In this document: one piece after another, positions 56,275 to 64,000 of the stretch
Layout: every line of letters begins with the position of its first letter
How positions within the stretch are numbered: position 1 is the stretch's first letter
DNA from: Deltaproteobacteria bacterium
GTDB lineage: Bacteria > Desulfobacterota > Deferrimicrobia > Deferrimicrobiales > Deferrimicrobiaceae
DNA: 64,000 nt
Reading direction: 5' to 3'
NCBI GenBank assembly: GCA_020346465.1
Contig: CP070783.1
Span: 682,610-746,609, forward strand
Notes under the pieces: model-generated
What the model saw: only the letters and a program-made list of their open reading frames with translations
Databases searched by the model: none
Told to the model about the DNA's origin: nothing
Made by a program: the position numbers and the translations under genes

Positions 56275-57294
56275 ATGGTCCGGATCTACCGAGAGAAGGA
56301 TGCCAGGCAGTCGATGCTGAAGAAAAAACGGATCGCAATCCTGGGGTACGGCAGCCAGGGGCACGCGCATGCGAATAACCTGAGGGACAGCGGGATGGAT
56401 GTCGTCGTGGGAGAGCACCCCCGGGCGGAGAACGCGGCGAAGGCGAAGAAGGCCGGGTTCGACGTCGCGGACGCGGCCGCCGCCACGGCCACGGCCGACG
56501 TCGTCGTCATGCTCCTGCCCGACGAGCTGCAGGGGGACATCTACCGGAATGAGGTCGGGCCGAATCTCCGGAAAGGGGCGTACCTGGTGTTCGCCCACGG
56601 CTTCAACATCCACTACGGCCAGGTCGTCCCCCGGGACGACCTGAACGTGTTCATGGTGGCCCCGAAAGCCCCCGGCCACCTGGTCCGTGCGCAGTACGAG
56701 AAGGGGGAGGGCGTCCCCGCCCTCATCGCCGTCCACCAGGACCCCGCGGGGAACAGCCGGGAGATCGCGCTGGCTTACGCAAGCGCGATCGGTTCGGCCC
56801 GCGCGGGAGTGATCGAAACCTCCTTCCGGGAGGAGACGGAGACCGACCTCTTCGGGGAGCAGGCGGTCCTCTGCGGTGGCGTGACGGCGCTGATTTTGGC
56901 GGGATACGAGACGCTGGTCGAGGCCGGCTACGCCCCCGAGATGGCGTATTTCGAGTGCCTGCACGAGCTGAAGCTCATCGTGGACCTCATCTACGAGGGC
57001 GGGATCTCCACGATGCGGTACTCCGTGAGCAACACCGCGCAGTACGGCGACCTGACGCGCGGGCCGCGGGTCGTCGACGCACGGACGAAGGCCGAGATGA
57101 AGCGGATGCTCGCGGAGGTCCAGGACGGGTCGTTCGCCCGGGAATGGATCCTGGAGAACCGGGCCAACCGCCCTGTCTTCAACGCCCTCACCCGGCGTGG
57201 CGAAGAGCACCCGATCGAGGAGGTGGGCCGCCGCCTTCGCGCGATGATGCCGTGGATCGCGAAGGGGCGGCTGGTCGACCGGACGAAGAACTGA
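56275..57294 (+). CDS. ilvC: Ketol-acid reductoisomerase
   Basis: [14 protein letters not shown] motif, class-I KARI. Confidence 0.9.
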   Translation: MVRIYREKDARQSMLKKKRIAILGYGSQGHAHANNLRDSGMDVVVGEHPRAENAAKAKKAGFDVADAAAATATADVVVMLLPDELQGDIYRNEVGPNLRKGAYLVFAHGFNIHYGQVVPRDDLNVFMVAPKAPGHLVRAQYEKGEGVPALIAVHQDPAGNSREIALAYASAIGSARAGVIETSFREETETDLFGEQAVLCGGVTALILAGYETLVEAGYAPEMAYFECLHELKLIVDLIYEGGISTMRYSVSNTAQYGDLTRGPRVVDARTKAEMKRMLAEVQDGSFAREWILENRANRPVFNALTRRGEEHPIEEVGRRLRAMMPWIAKGRLVDRTKN

Positions 57295-57316
57295 CCGGGG
57301 AATTGGTCCGGAAGCG

Positions 57317-57982
57317 ATGGGTCCGGGACAAAAGGGAAGGGAGGACGGGGTGATCGCCCCGGAAGGGATCCCTTTTCTCGCGGGGGCGATGGCCCTCGCG
57401 GCCGTGCTCTCCCTCGTCTGGCCGAGGACGACCCCCGCCACGATCTTCGGGGTTCTCCTCGCCGTGTTCGTCGGCTGGTTCTTCCGGAACCCCGACCGGT
57501 CCCCGCCTTCTCTCCCCGGGGCGGTTCTTTCCCCTGCGGATGGTAGAATAGTGTACGCGGGCGACAATCCGCCGGGAAGGTATTTCGGGGAGCCGGGGAA
57601 GCGGGTGAGCGTCTTCATGTCGATCCTCGACGTGCATGTCAACCGTGCCCCGGTTTCCGGCAGGGTGGTGTCCGTCCGGTACCATCCCGGGAAGTTTCTG
57701 GCGGCGAACGTCGAGAAGGCGTCGCTCGCCAACGAGCAGAACGGGGTGCTCCTGGAAACGCCGGATGGCCACCGGATCGCCTATGTGCAGATCGCCGGGC
57801 TCATCGCCCGGCGCGTCGTGTGTGACGTCGTACCCGGGGACTCCGTCCGGGCGGGCCAGCGGGTCGGGCTCATCCGGTTCGGGTCGCGGGTCGACATCCT
57901 GATGCCGGCCGCCGCCTCCCTGAGCGTCCAGGTGGGGGACAGGGTACGGGCGGGGGAAAGCGTCGTGGGGGTGGTGCAATGA
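57317..57982 (+). CDS. psd: Phosphatidylserine decarboxylase-family protein (short, archaetidylserine decarboxylase-like)
   Basis: 221 aa, PSD-like with an FGSR processing-site-like motif. 4-nt overlap with pssA. Confidence 0.65.
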   Translation: MGPGQKGREDGVIAPEGIPFLAGAMALAAVLSLVWPRTTPATIFGVLLAVFVGWFFRNPDRSPPSLPGAVLSPADGRIVYAGDNPPGRYFGEPGKRVSVFMSILDVHVNRAPVSGRVVSVRYHPGKFLAANVEKASLANEQNGVLLETPDGHRIAYVQIAGLIARRVVCDVVPGDSVRAGQRVGLIRFGSRVDILMPAAASLSVQVGDRVRAGESVVGVVQ

Positions 57983-58800
57983 GAAAACGAATGAGGCGGG
58001 AGGACGGGATCAGCCGCGGGATCTACGTGCTGCCCAACCTGATCACGTCGGGCTCGCTGTTCGCCGGGTTCTACTCGATCGCCGCGACCTACACCGCCCA
58101 GTTCGAGAACGCAGCGATCGCCATCATCGCGGCGGTGGTGCTGGACGGTCTCGACGGCCGGCTCGCGCGGATGACCCGGACGACCACGAAGTTCGGGGTG
58201 GAGTACGACTCCCTGGCCGACATTGTCGCCTGCGGCGTGGCGCCGGCGTTTCTCGTGTATGGCTGGGCCCTCTCGCGCTTCGGGCGGTGGGGCTGGCTGG
58301 CTGCTTTCCTCTACCTGGTCTGCGGGGCGCTCCGGCTCGCCCGGTTCAACGTCCAGGTCAATACGGTCGAGAAGGGGAAGTTCAACGGGCTCCCGATTCC
58401 CGCCGCGGCGACGTTCGTGGCCTCCATGATCCTGCTCTTCTACTACCTGGGCGGGTCCGGGAACTTCAAGCATATCGCGGTGCTCCTGGCCATCTACGTC
58501 CTGGCGTTCCTGATGGTCAGCACCGTGAGGTACAACAGCTTCAAGGACCTGGAGCCGTTCCGCCGCCGCCCGTTCAACACGCTGGTGGTGTTCGTCTTCC
58601 TCGCCCTCCTGCTGGCCGCGGAGCCCCAGGTGATGATCTTCCTGTTGTGCTCGGCGTACATCGTCTCCGGGCCGATGGGGGAGCTGGCGAGAGCGCTGCG
58701 GGGCCGACACCGGAAAACGAGGGAAAGCGAGAAGGACGTTCATGGGCATGACGCTCACGGAGAAGATCCTCGCGAGGCACGCGGGGAAGGAAAAGGTTGA
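57979..58800 (+). CDS. pssA: CDP-diacylglycerol--serine O-phosphatidyltransferase
   Basis: CDP-alcohol phosphatidyltransferase motif DGLDGRLAR...GVEYDSLAD. Confidence 0.8.
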   Translation: MRKRMRREDGISRGIYVLPNLITSGSLFAGFYSIAATYTAQFENAAIAIIAAVVLDGLDGRLARMTRTTTKFGVEYDSLADIVACGVAPAFLVYGWALSRFGRWGWLAAFLYLVCGALRLARFNVQVNTVEKGKFNGLPIPAAATFVASMILLFYYLGGSGNFKHIAVLLAIYVLAFLMVSTVRYNSFKDLEPFRRRPFNTLVVFVFLALLLAAEPQVMIFLLCSAYIVSGPMGELARALRGRHRKTRESEKDVHGHDAHGEDPREARGEGKG

Positions 58801-60004
58801 GCCGGGGGAGCTGATCCTCGCGAGGGTCGACCTTGCCCTCGGGAACGACGTGACCAGCCCGCTCGCCATCCAGGCGTTCCGCAGCCTCGGGATCGGGGAA
58901 GTGTTCGACCGGGAAAAGATCGCGCTCGTCCCGGACCACTTCACGCCGAACAAGGACATCCGTTCGGCCGACCAGGCCAGGATGATGCGCGACTTTGCCC
59001 GCGAGCAAGGGATCGTGAACTACTTCGAGGTCGGGAGGATGGGGATCGAGCATGTGCTGCTGCCCGACGAGGGTCTCGTCGTTCCCGGCGACCTCGTGAT
59101 CGGGGCGGACAGCCACACCTGCACCTACGGGGCGCTGTGCGCCTTCTCGACCGGCGTCGGAAGCACCGATCTGGCCGCGGCGATGATCTCCGGCGAGGTG
59201 TGGCTCAAGGTGCCCGAGTCGGTCCGGATCGTGCTTTCCGGCAGGCCGGGAAAGTGGGTGGAGGGGAAGGACATCATTCTCCACATCATCGGCACGATCG
59301 GGGTGGACGGCGCCCTCTACCAGTCGATGGAGTACGCCGGGGACGGCCTCGCGGCTCTCCCGATGGCCTGGCGATTTACGATCTCCAACATGGCGATCGA
59401 GGCGGGGGCGAAAAACGGCATCTTCCCCTTCGACGGCGTCACGAAGGCGTATGCGGACGGGCGGTCCGCCCGGGAATACGCCGTGGTCGTGGCCGACCGG
59501 GACGCCCGGTACTCGGGGGAGATCGCGGTCGACCTGGGGGCCCTCGAGCCGCAGGTGGCGTTCCCGCACCTTCCGGAGAACAGCCGGCCCCTGTCCCGGG
59601 TGGGGAACGTCCCCATCGACCAGGTGGTGGTGGGCTCCTGCACCAACGGGCGGATCGAGGACCTCCGGAGCGCGTGCTCGGTCCTGCGCGGCCGGAAAGT
59701 GCACGGGAACGTCCGGATGCTCGTCTTTCCCGCGACCCAGGAGATCCACCTCCAGGCGATGCGGGAGGGCCTGGCGGAGATCTTCGTGGAGGCGGGCGCG
59801 GCGTTCTCCACGCCGACCTGCGGGCCTTGCCTGGGGGGCCACATGGGGATCCTCGCGCAGGGGGAGCGGGCCGTCGCCACCACGAACCGGAACTTCGTGG
59901 GACGCATGGGACACCCCGAGAGCGAGGTCTACCTCGCCAATCCCGCGGTGGCGGCCGCCTCCGCGGTGCTCGGCCGGATCGGCAGTCCCGACGAGATCAG
60001 CTGA
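58742..60004 (+). CDS. leuC: 3-isopropylmalate dehydratase large subunit (short, archaeal-type LeuC)
   Basis: 420 aa aconitase-family catalytic subunit. Overlaps the pssA 3' end by about 59 nt, so the start may be the internal M at 58748. Confidence 0.85.
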   Translation: MGMTLTEKILARHAGKEKVEPGELILARVDLALGNDVTSPLAIQAFRSLGIGEVFDREKIALVPDHFTPNKDIRSADQARMMRDFAREQGIVNYFEVGRMGIEHVLLPDEGLVVPGDLVIGADSHTCTYGALCAFSTGVGSTDLAAAMISGEVWLKVPESVRIVLSGRPGKWVEGKDIILHIIGTIGVDGALYQSMEYAGDGLAALPMAWRFTISNMAIEAGAKNGIFPFDGVTKAYADGRSAREYAVVVADRDARYSGEIAVDLGALEPQVAFPHLPENSRPLSRVGNVPIDQVVVGSCTNGRIEDLRSACSVLRGRKVHGNVRMLVFPATQEIHLQAMREGLAEIFVEAGAAFSTPTCGPCLGGHMGILAQGERAVATTNRNFVGRMGHPESEVYLANPAVAAASAVLGRIGSPDEIS

Positions 60005-60137
60005 CCGCTGCGCATGCCCGCCGGACCGGGGACCCCGGCGATCCGGGGGCCCCGGCACAGCGTTCGCGGTCATCCGGTCGGGCCGGCGGGAATAGAGGGT
60101 GCGGCAACGCGGAAACCCGGAAAGGGGAGGTAATCCG

Positions 60138-60644
60138 ATGGTGCTCAAAGGACGGGCCTGGAAGTACGGGGACGACGTCGACACCGACGTCATCATCCCC
60201 GCCCGGTACCTGAACACCTCCGACCCGGCGGAGCTCGCCCGCCACTGCATGGAGGACATCGACAGGGAGTACGCGGCCCGTGTCGCCCCGGGGGACTTCC
60301 TCGTGGCCGGGAAAAATTTCGGGTGCGGCTCCTCGCGGGAGCATGCTCCCATCGCCATCAAGGCATCCGGGGCCTCCGCCGTGATCGCGAGGTCCTTCGC
60401 GCGGATCTTCTACCGGAACGCCTTCAACACGGGGCTGCCGATCTTCGAGGCGCCCCGGGCGGTCGACGAGATCGACGCGGGAGACCTGCTTGCCGTGGAC
60501 ATGCGGAACGGATCGCTGCGGAACGAGACGAAAGGCCGGGAATACGGGATCGCGCCGATCCCCCCGTTCATGCAGGAGCTCGTCGCCGCTGGCGGGCTGC
60601 TCCGCTACATGGCTGCCCGGCGGAAGGAAAGGGTGGGTCCATGA
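60138..60644 (+). CDS. leuD: 3-isopropylmalate dehydratase small subunit
   Basis: [25 protein letters not shown], aconitase swivel domain. GGGGAGG RBS. Confidence 0.85.
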   Translation: MVLKGRAWKYGDDVDTDVIIPARYLNTSDPAELARHCMEDIDREYAARVAPGDFLVAGKNFGCGSSREHAPIAIKASGASAVIARSFARIFYRNAFNTGLPIFEAPRAVDEIDAGDLLAVDMRNGSLRNETKGREYGIAPIPPFMQELVAAGGLLRYMAARRKERVGP

Positions 60645-61729
60645 CCAGGATCTGCGTGTTTCCCGGGGACGGGATCGGCCCGGAGGTGGTCCGGGAGGCG
60701 CTGTCCGTTCTCCGGACGGTGGAGGAGGTTTCGGGGACGAGGCGGTTCGAGACCGAGGAGGAGCTGCTGGGCGGGGCGTCCTATGACGCCCACGGGGTCC
60801 CGATGACCGAACGGGCGCTTTCCCTGGCCCGTTCGTCGGACGCCATCCTCCTGGGGGCCGTCGGCGGGCCGAAGTGGGACCAGCTCCCCTTCGAGGTCCG
60901 GCCGGAGCGCGGCCTGCTGGAGCTGCGGAAAACCTTCGGGCTCTTCGCGAACCTCCGGCCCGCGAAAGTGTACGGACCTCTCGTCGACGCATCGCCCCTC
61001 CGCAGGGAGCTCGTGGAGGGGATCGATCTCCTGGTCGTGCGGGAGCTCACCGGGGGGATCTATTTCGGCGAGCCCCGGGGGGTCCGGATGATCGACGGCG
61101 TCGAGACGGGATGCAACACGGAGGTGTACGCCCGCCCGGAGATCGAGCGGGTCGCCCGGGTCGCCTTCGAGCTGGGCCGGAAACGCACGGGGAGGGTGAC
61201 CTCCGTGGACAAGGCGAACGTCCTGGAGACGTCCGTGCTGTGGAGAAAGGTCGTCACGGAGGTGGGCGAGCGGGAGTTCCCGGACGTCGCGCTTTCCCAC
61301 ATGCTGGTCGACAACTGCGCCATGCAGCTCGTCCGCAGTCCGAGGCAGTTCGACGTGATCGTCACGACGAACCTCTTCGGCGACATTCTCACGGACGAGG
61401 CGTCGATGGTCACGGGCTCGATCGGGATGCTCCCCTCCGCCTCGCTTGGAGGAAAGGTGGGGTTGTACGAACCGATCCACGGGAGCGCCCCGGACATCGC
61501 GGGGAAGGGGCTGGCCAACCCCCTGGCCATGATCCTTTCCGTGGCCATGATGCTAAACTATTCTTTTGACATGACCGAAGAGGCTGCCCTGATCGAGAAC
61601 GCGGTCGGGAAGGCGCTCGCGGACGGGTACCGGACGGGGGACATCTACCGGGAGGGGCCCGGGATTCGGCGGGTCGGGACCTCGGAGATCGGGGACAAGG
61701 TGCGGCGGATCCTGTTGGACACCACGTGA
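60641..61729 (+). CDS. leuB: 3-isopropylmalate dehydrogenase
   Basis: [13 protein letters not shown]...[17 protein letters not shown] overlap with leuD. Confidence 0.9.
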   Translation: MTRICVFPGDGIGPEVVREALSVLRTVEEVSGTRRFETEEELLGGASYDAHGVPMTERALSLARSSDAILLGAVGGPKWDQLPFEVRPERGLLELRKTFGLFANLRPAKVYGPLVDASPLRRELVEGIDLLVVRELTGGIYFGEPRGVRMIDGVETGCNTEVYARPEIERVARVAFELGRKRTGRVTSVDKANVLETSVLWRKVVTEVGEREFPDVALSHMLVDNCAMQLVRSPRQFDVIVTTNLFGDILTDEASMVTGSIGMLPSASLGGKVGLYEPIHGSAPDIAGKGLANPLAMILSVAMMLNYSFDMTEEAALIENAVGKALADGYRTGDIYREGPGIRRVGTSEIGDKVRRILLDTT

Positions 61730-61744
61730 CAAGGAGCGAGGAAC

Positions 61745-62782
<1,038 letters not shown>

Positions 62783-62903
62783 GGGGCGTGCGCGGTCCGG
62801 ATCGAGGCAGCGCCGCCGGGAGCGGGGGAAACCTCCGCTCCTGATGACGTTTCGAATCCGGGGGCCCTTCCGCAGCTGTTGCTTGCAGAGCCGGGACCCT
62901 GGC

Positions 62904-63028
62904 TCGCGGGGGATTCCCCTCGGCTACGCTCGCGACCTTCGCCCGCTCGCTGCCGGTTCCGCTCGCGAACTCCGAGACCTCGCTCCACAGGCCGCCTCGC
63001 GGAACCCCCCGCATTGCCCCGGGTCCCC
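62904..63028. repeat. GC-rich ~125-bp intergenic repeat, copy B (asd-truA spacer)
   Basis: Second copy of the 34809-34936 element, with the same internal inverted repeat ggttccgc/gcggaacc 36 nt apart. A ccctcc-tcaa-ggaggg hairpin lies at 63061-63076. Confidence 0.55.
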
Positions 63029-63119
63029 GGTTGCCGCGGCTGCGTAGCCGGTCCTGTGTGCCCTCCTCAAGGAGGGAGCGCCATACGGCACAGATTGGGC
63101 AGGGAGGGCTTCCGGAACG

Positions 63120-63893
63120 ATGCGCCGCGTGAGACTGACGATCGCGTACGACGGGACCGCGTACAGCGGGTTCCAGCTCCAGCCGAACGGGGTCACCGTG
63201 CAGTCGGTGATCGAGGATGCCCTGGGGAGGCTTCTCCAGGAGCCCGTCCGCGTCCGGGCGGCCGGCCGCACCGACGCGGGAGTGCATGCGCGGGAGCAGG
63301 TGATCGATTTCGCCGATTCCGGGAGGCGGTCCCCCGGAACGATCGTCCGCGGGGGAAACGCCCTCCTGCCTTCGGACATCCGGTTCCTCTCCGCCGAGGA
63401 GGTCCCCCCCTCCTTCGACGCACTCCGCCGCGCGAAGTCCAAGGAATACCGGTACTTCCTCTACATCGCCCCCGTCGCCTCCCCCTTTCTGGCGCGCTAC
63501 GCCTGGCACCTCGGCGGGCCCGTCGATCTCCGCCCGATGCGGAAAGGCCTGGCGCACATCGTGGGAAGGCACGACTTTTCCTCCTTCCGGGGACAGGGGT
63601 GCACGGCGAGGACGACCGTCCGCGAGGTCTTCCGCGCCGGCATCGAGGCGGAGGCCATTGCGGGCCTTCATTCCGTGAGGATCGCGGGCAGCGGGTTCCT
63701 GAGGCACATGGTGCGCAACGTCGTGGGGACGCTCGTGGATATCGGCAGGGGGAAGGGCCCGCCGGACCGGGTGCGCGACCTTCTGGGGTTGCGGGACCGG
63801 ACGCTCGCGGGGCCCAACGCTCCGCCCCACGGGCTGTTCCTGTGGAAGGTGGCGTACGGAGAGCCCCGGGAGGCCGGTTCGGGCGGGGGGTAG
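63120..63893 (+). CDS. truA: tRNA pseudouridine(38-40) synthase
   Basis: RLTIAYDGTAYSGFQLQPN...RAAGRTDAGVHA catalytic Asp motif. Confidence 0.9.
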   Translation: MRRVRLTIAYDGTAYSGFQLQPNGVTVQSVIEDALGRLLQEPVRVRAAGRTDAGVHAREQVIDFADSGRRSPGTIVRGGNALLPSDIRFLSAEEVPPSFDALRRAKSKEYRYFLYIAPVASPFLARYAWHLGGPVDLRPMRKGLAHIVGRHDFSSFRGQGCTARTTVREVFRAGIEAEAIAGLHSVRIAGSGFLRHMVRNVVGTLVDIGRGKGPPDRVRDLLGLRDRTLAGPNAPPHGLFLWKVAYGEPREAGSGGG

Positions 63894-63914
63894 CCCGGAG
63901 ATCGGCTTTTTCTC

Positions 63915-63943
63915 TTGACGCTGGGCGCCGGGTGAGGTTAAAT
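63915..63943 (+). promoter_or_regulatory. Putative σ70 promoter TTGACG-N17-TTAAAT upstream of a gene starting at 63979 (truncated by window end)
   Basis: Sequence motif only. An ATG (MKSTEFF...) follows at 63979. Confidence 0.35.
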
Positions 63944-64000
63944 ATCTCCTTTGATTTTGAAGAGAAAGGTTTGCACCGATGAAGAGCACGGAGTTTTTCA

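Noticed and set aside
62845-62870. tRNA T-loop-like TTCGAATCC in the asd-truA spacer
   Set aside because: No flanking acceptor, D or anticodon stems could be assembled. It is considered chance similarity within the repeat-containing spacer.

Overview
High-GC (~68%) bacterial chromosomal segment, gene-dense, mostly core metabolism and housekeeping. The σ54 regulator, PaaK/IorB aryl-acid activation, short LeuCD and biotin genes are compatible with an anaerobic deltaproteobacterium-like organism, but this is inference only. Order from the start: (i) an aryl-acid activation module: the C-terminal part of iorB, a phenylacetate-CoA ligase, an ACT-domain protein, then a Liv-type ABC transporter bracketed by a second phenylacetate-CoA ligase; (ii) rsmI, then a minus-strand block of a NIPSNAP-like protein, a Zn-dependent alcohol dehydrogenase, a σ54 NtrC-type response regulator, a small membrane peptide, an AmrS-type radical SAM enzyme with no partner genes nearby, acylphosphatase and ligA; (iii) a small ferritin-like ExxH protein, pgk, a hypothetical protein, a CPBP protease and a HAD phosphatase; (iv) bioB-bioF-bioA-bioD, a DUF2062 protein, tatC, a BtrH_N/DUF4872 protein, dedA and tldD; (v) an operon of a TPR protein, a lipoprotein and a five-gene peptide-type ABC transporter, interrupted by an intergenic GC-rich repeat that has a second copy between asd and truA; (vi) a GspE/PilB-like ATPase with no neighbouring secretion or pilus genes, carrying N-terminal tandem c-di-GMP-binding (MshEN) motifs and a C-terminal double zinc ribbon, divergent from a small zinc-ribbon protein, followed by an M23 peptidase; (vii) secA, argJ, then the conserved rpsB-tsf-pyrH-frr-uppS-cdsA-dxr-rseP-tsaB run; (viii) ilvD-ilvBN-ilvC, psd-pssA, leuCDB, asd, truA. 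No rRNA, tRNA, CRISPR array or evident mobile element was found. Many long ORFs in the six-frame track are antisense or off-frame shadows typical of high-GC DNA and were discarded. The most interesting candidates are the orphan MshEN/zinc-ribbon ATPase locus, the orphan AmrS radical SAM enzyme, the BtrH_N/DUF4872 protein next to tatC, and the dispersed structured intergenic repeat.
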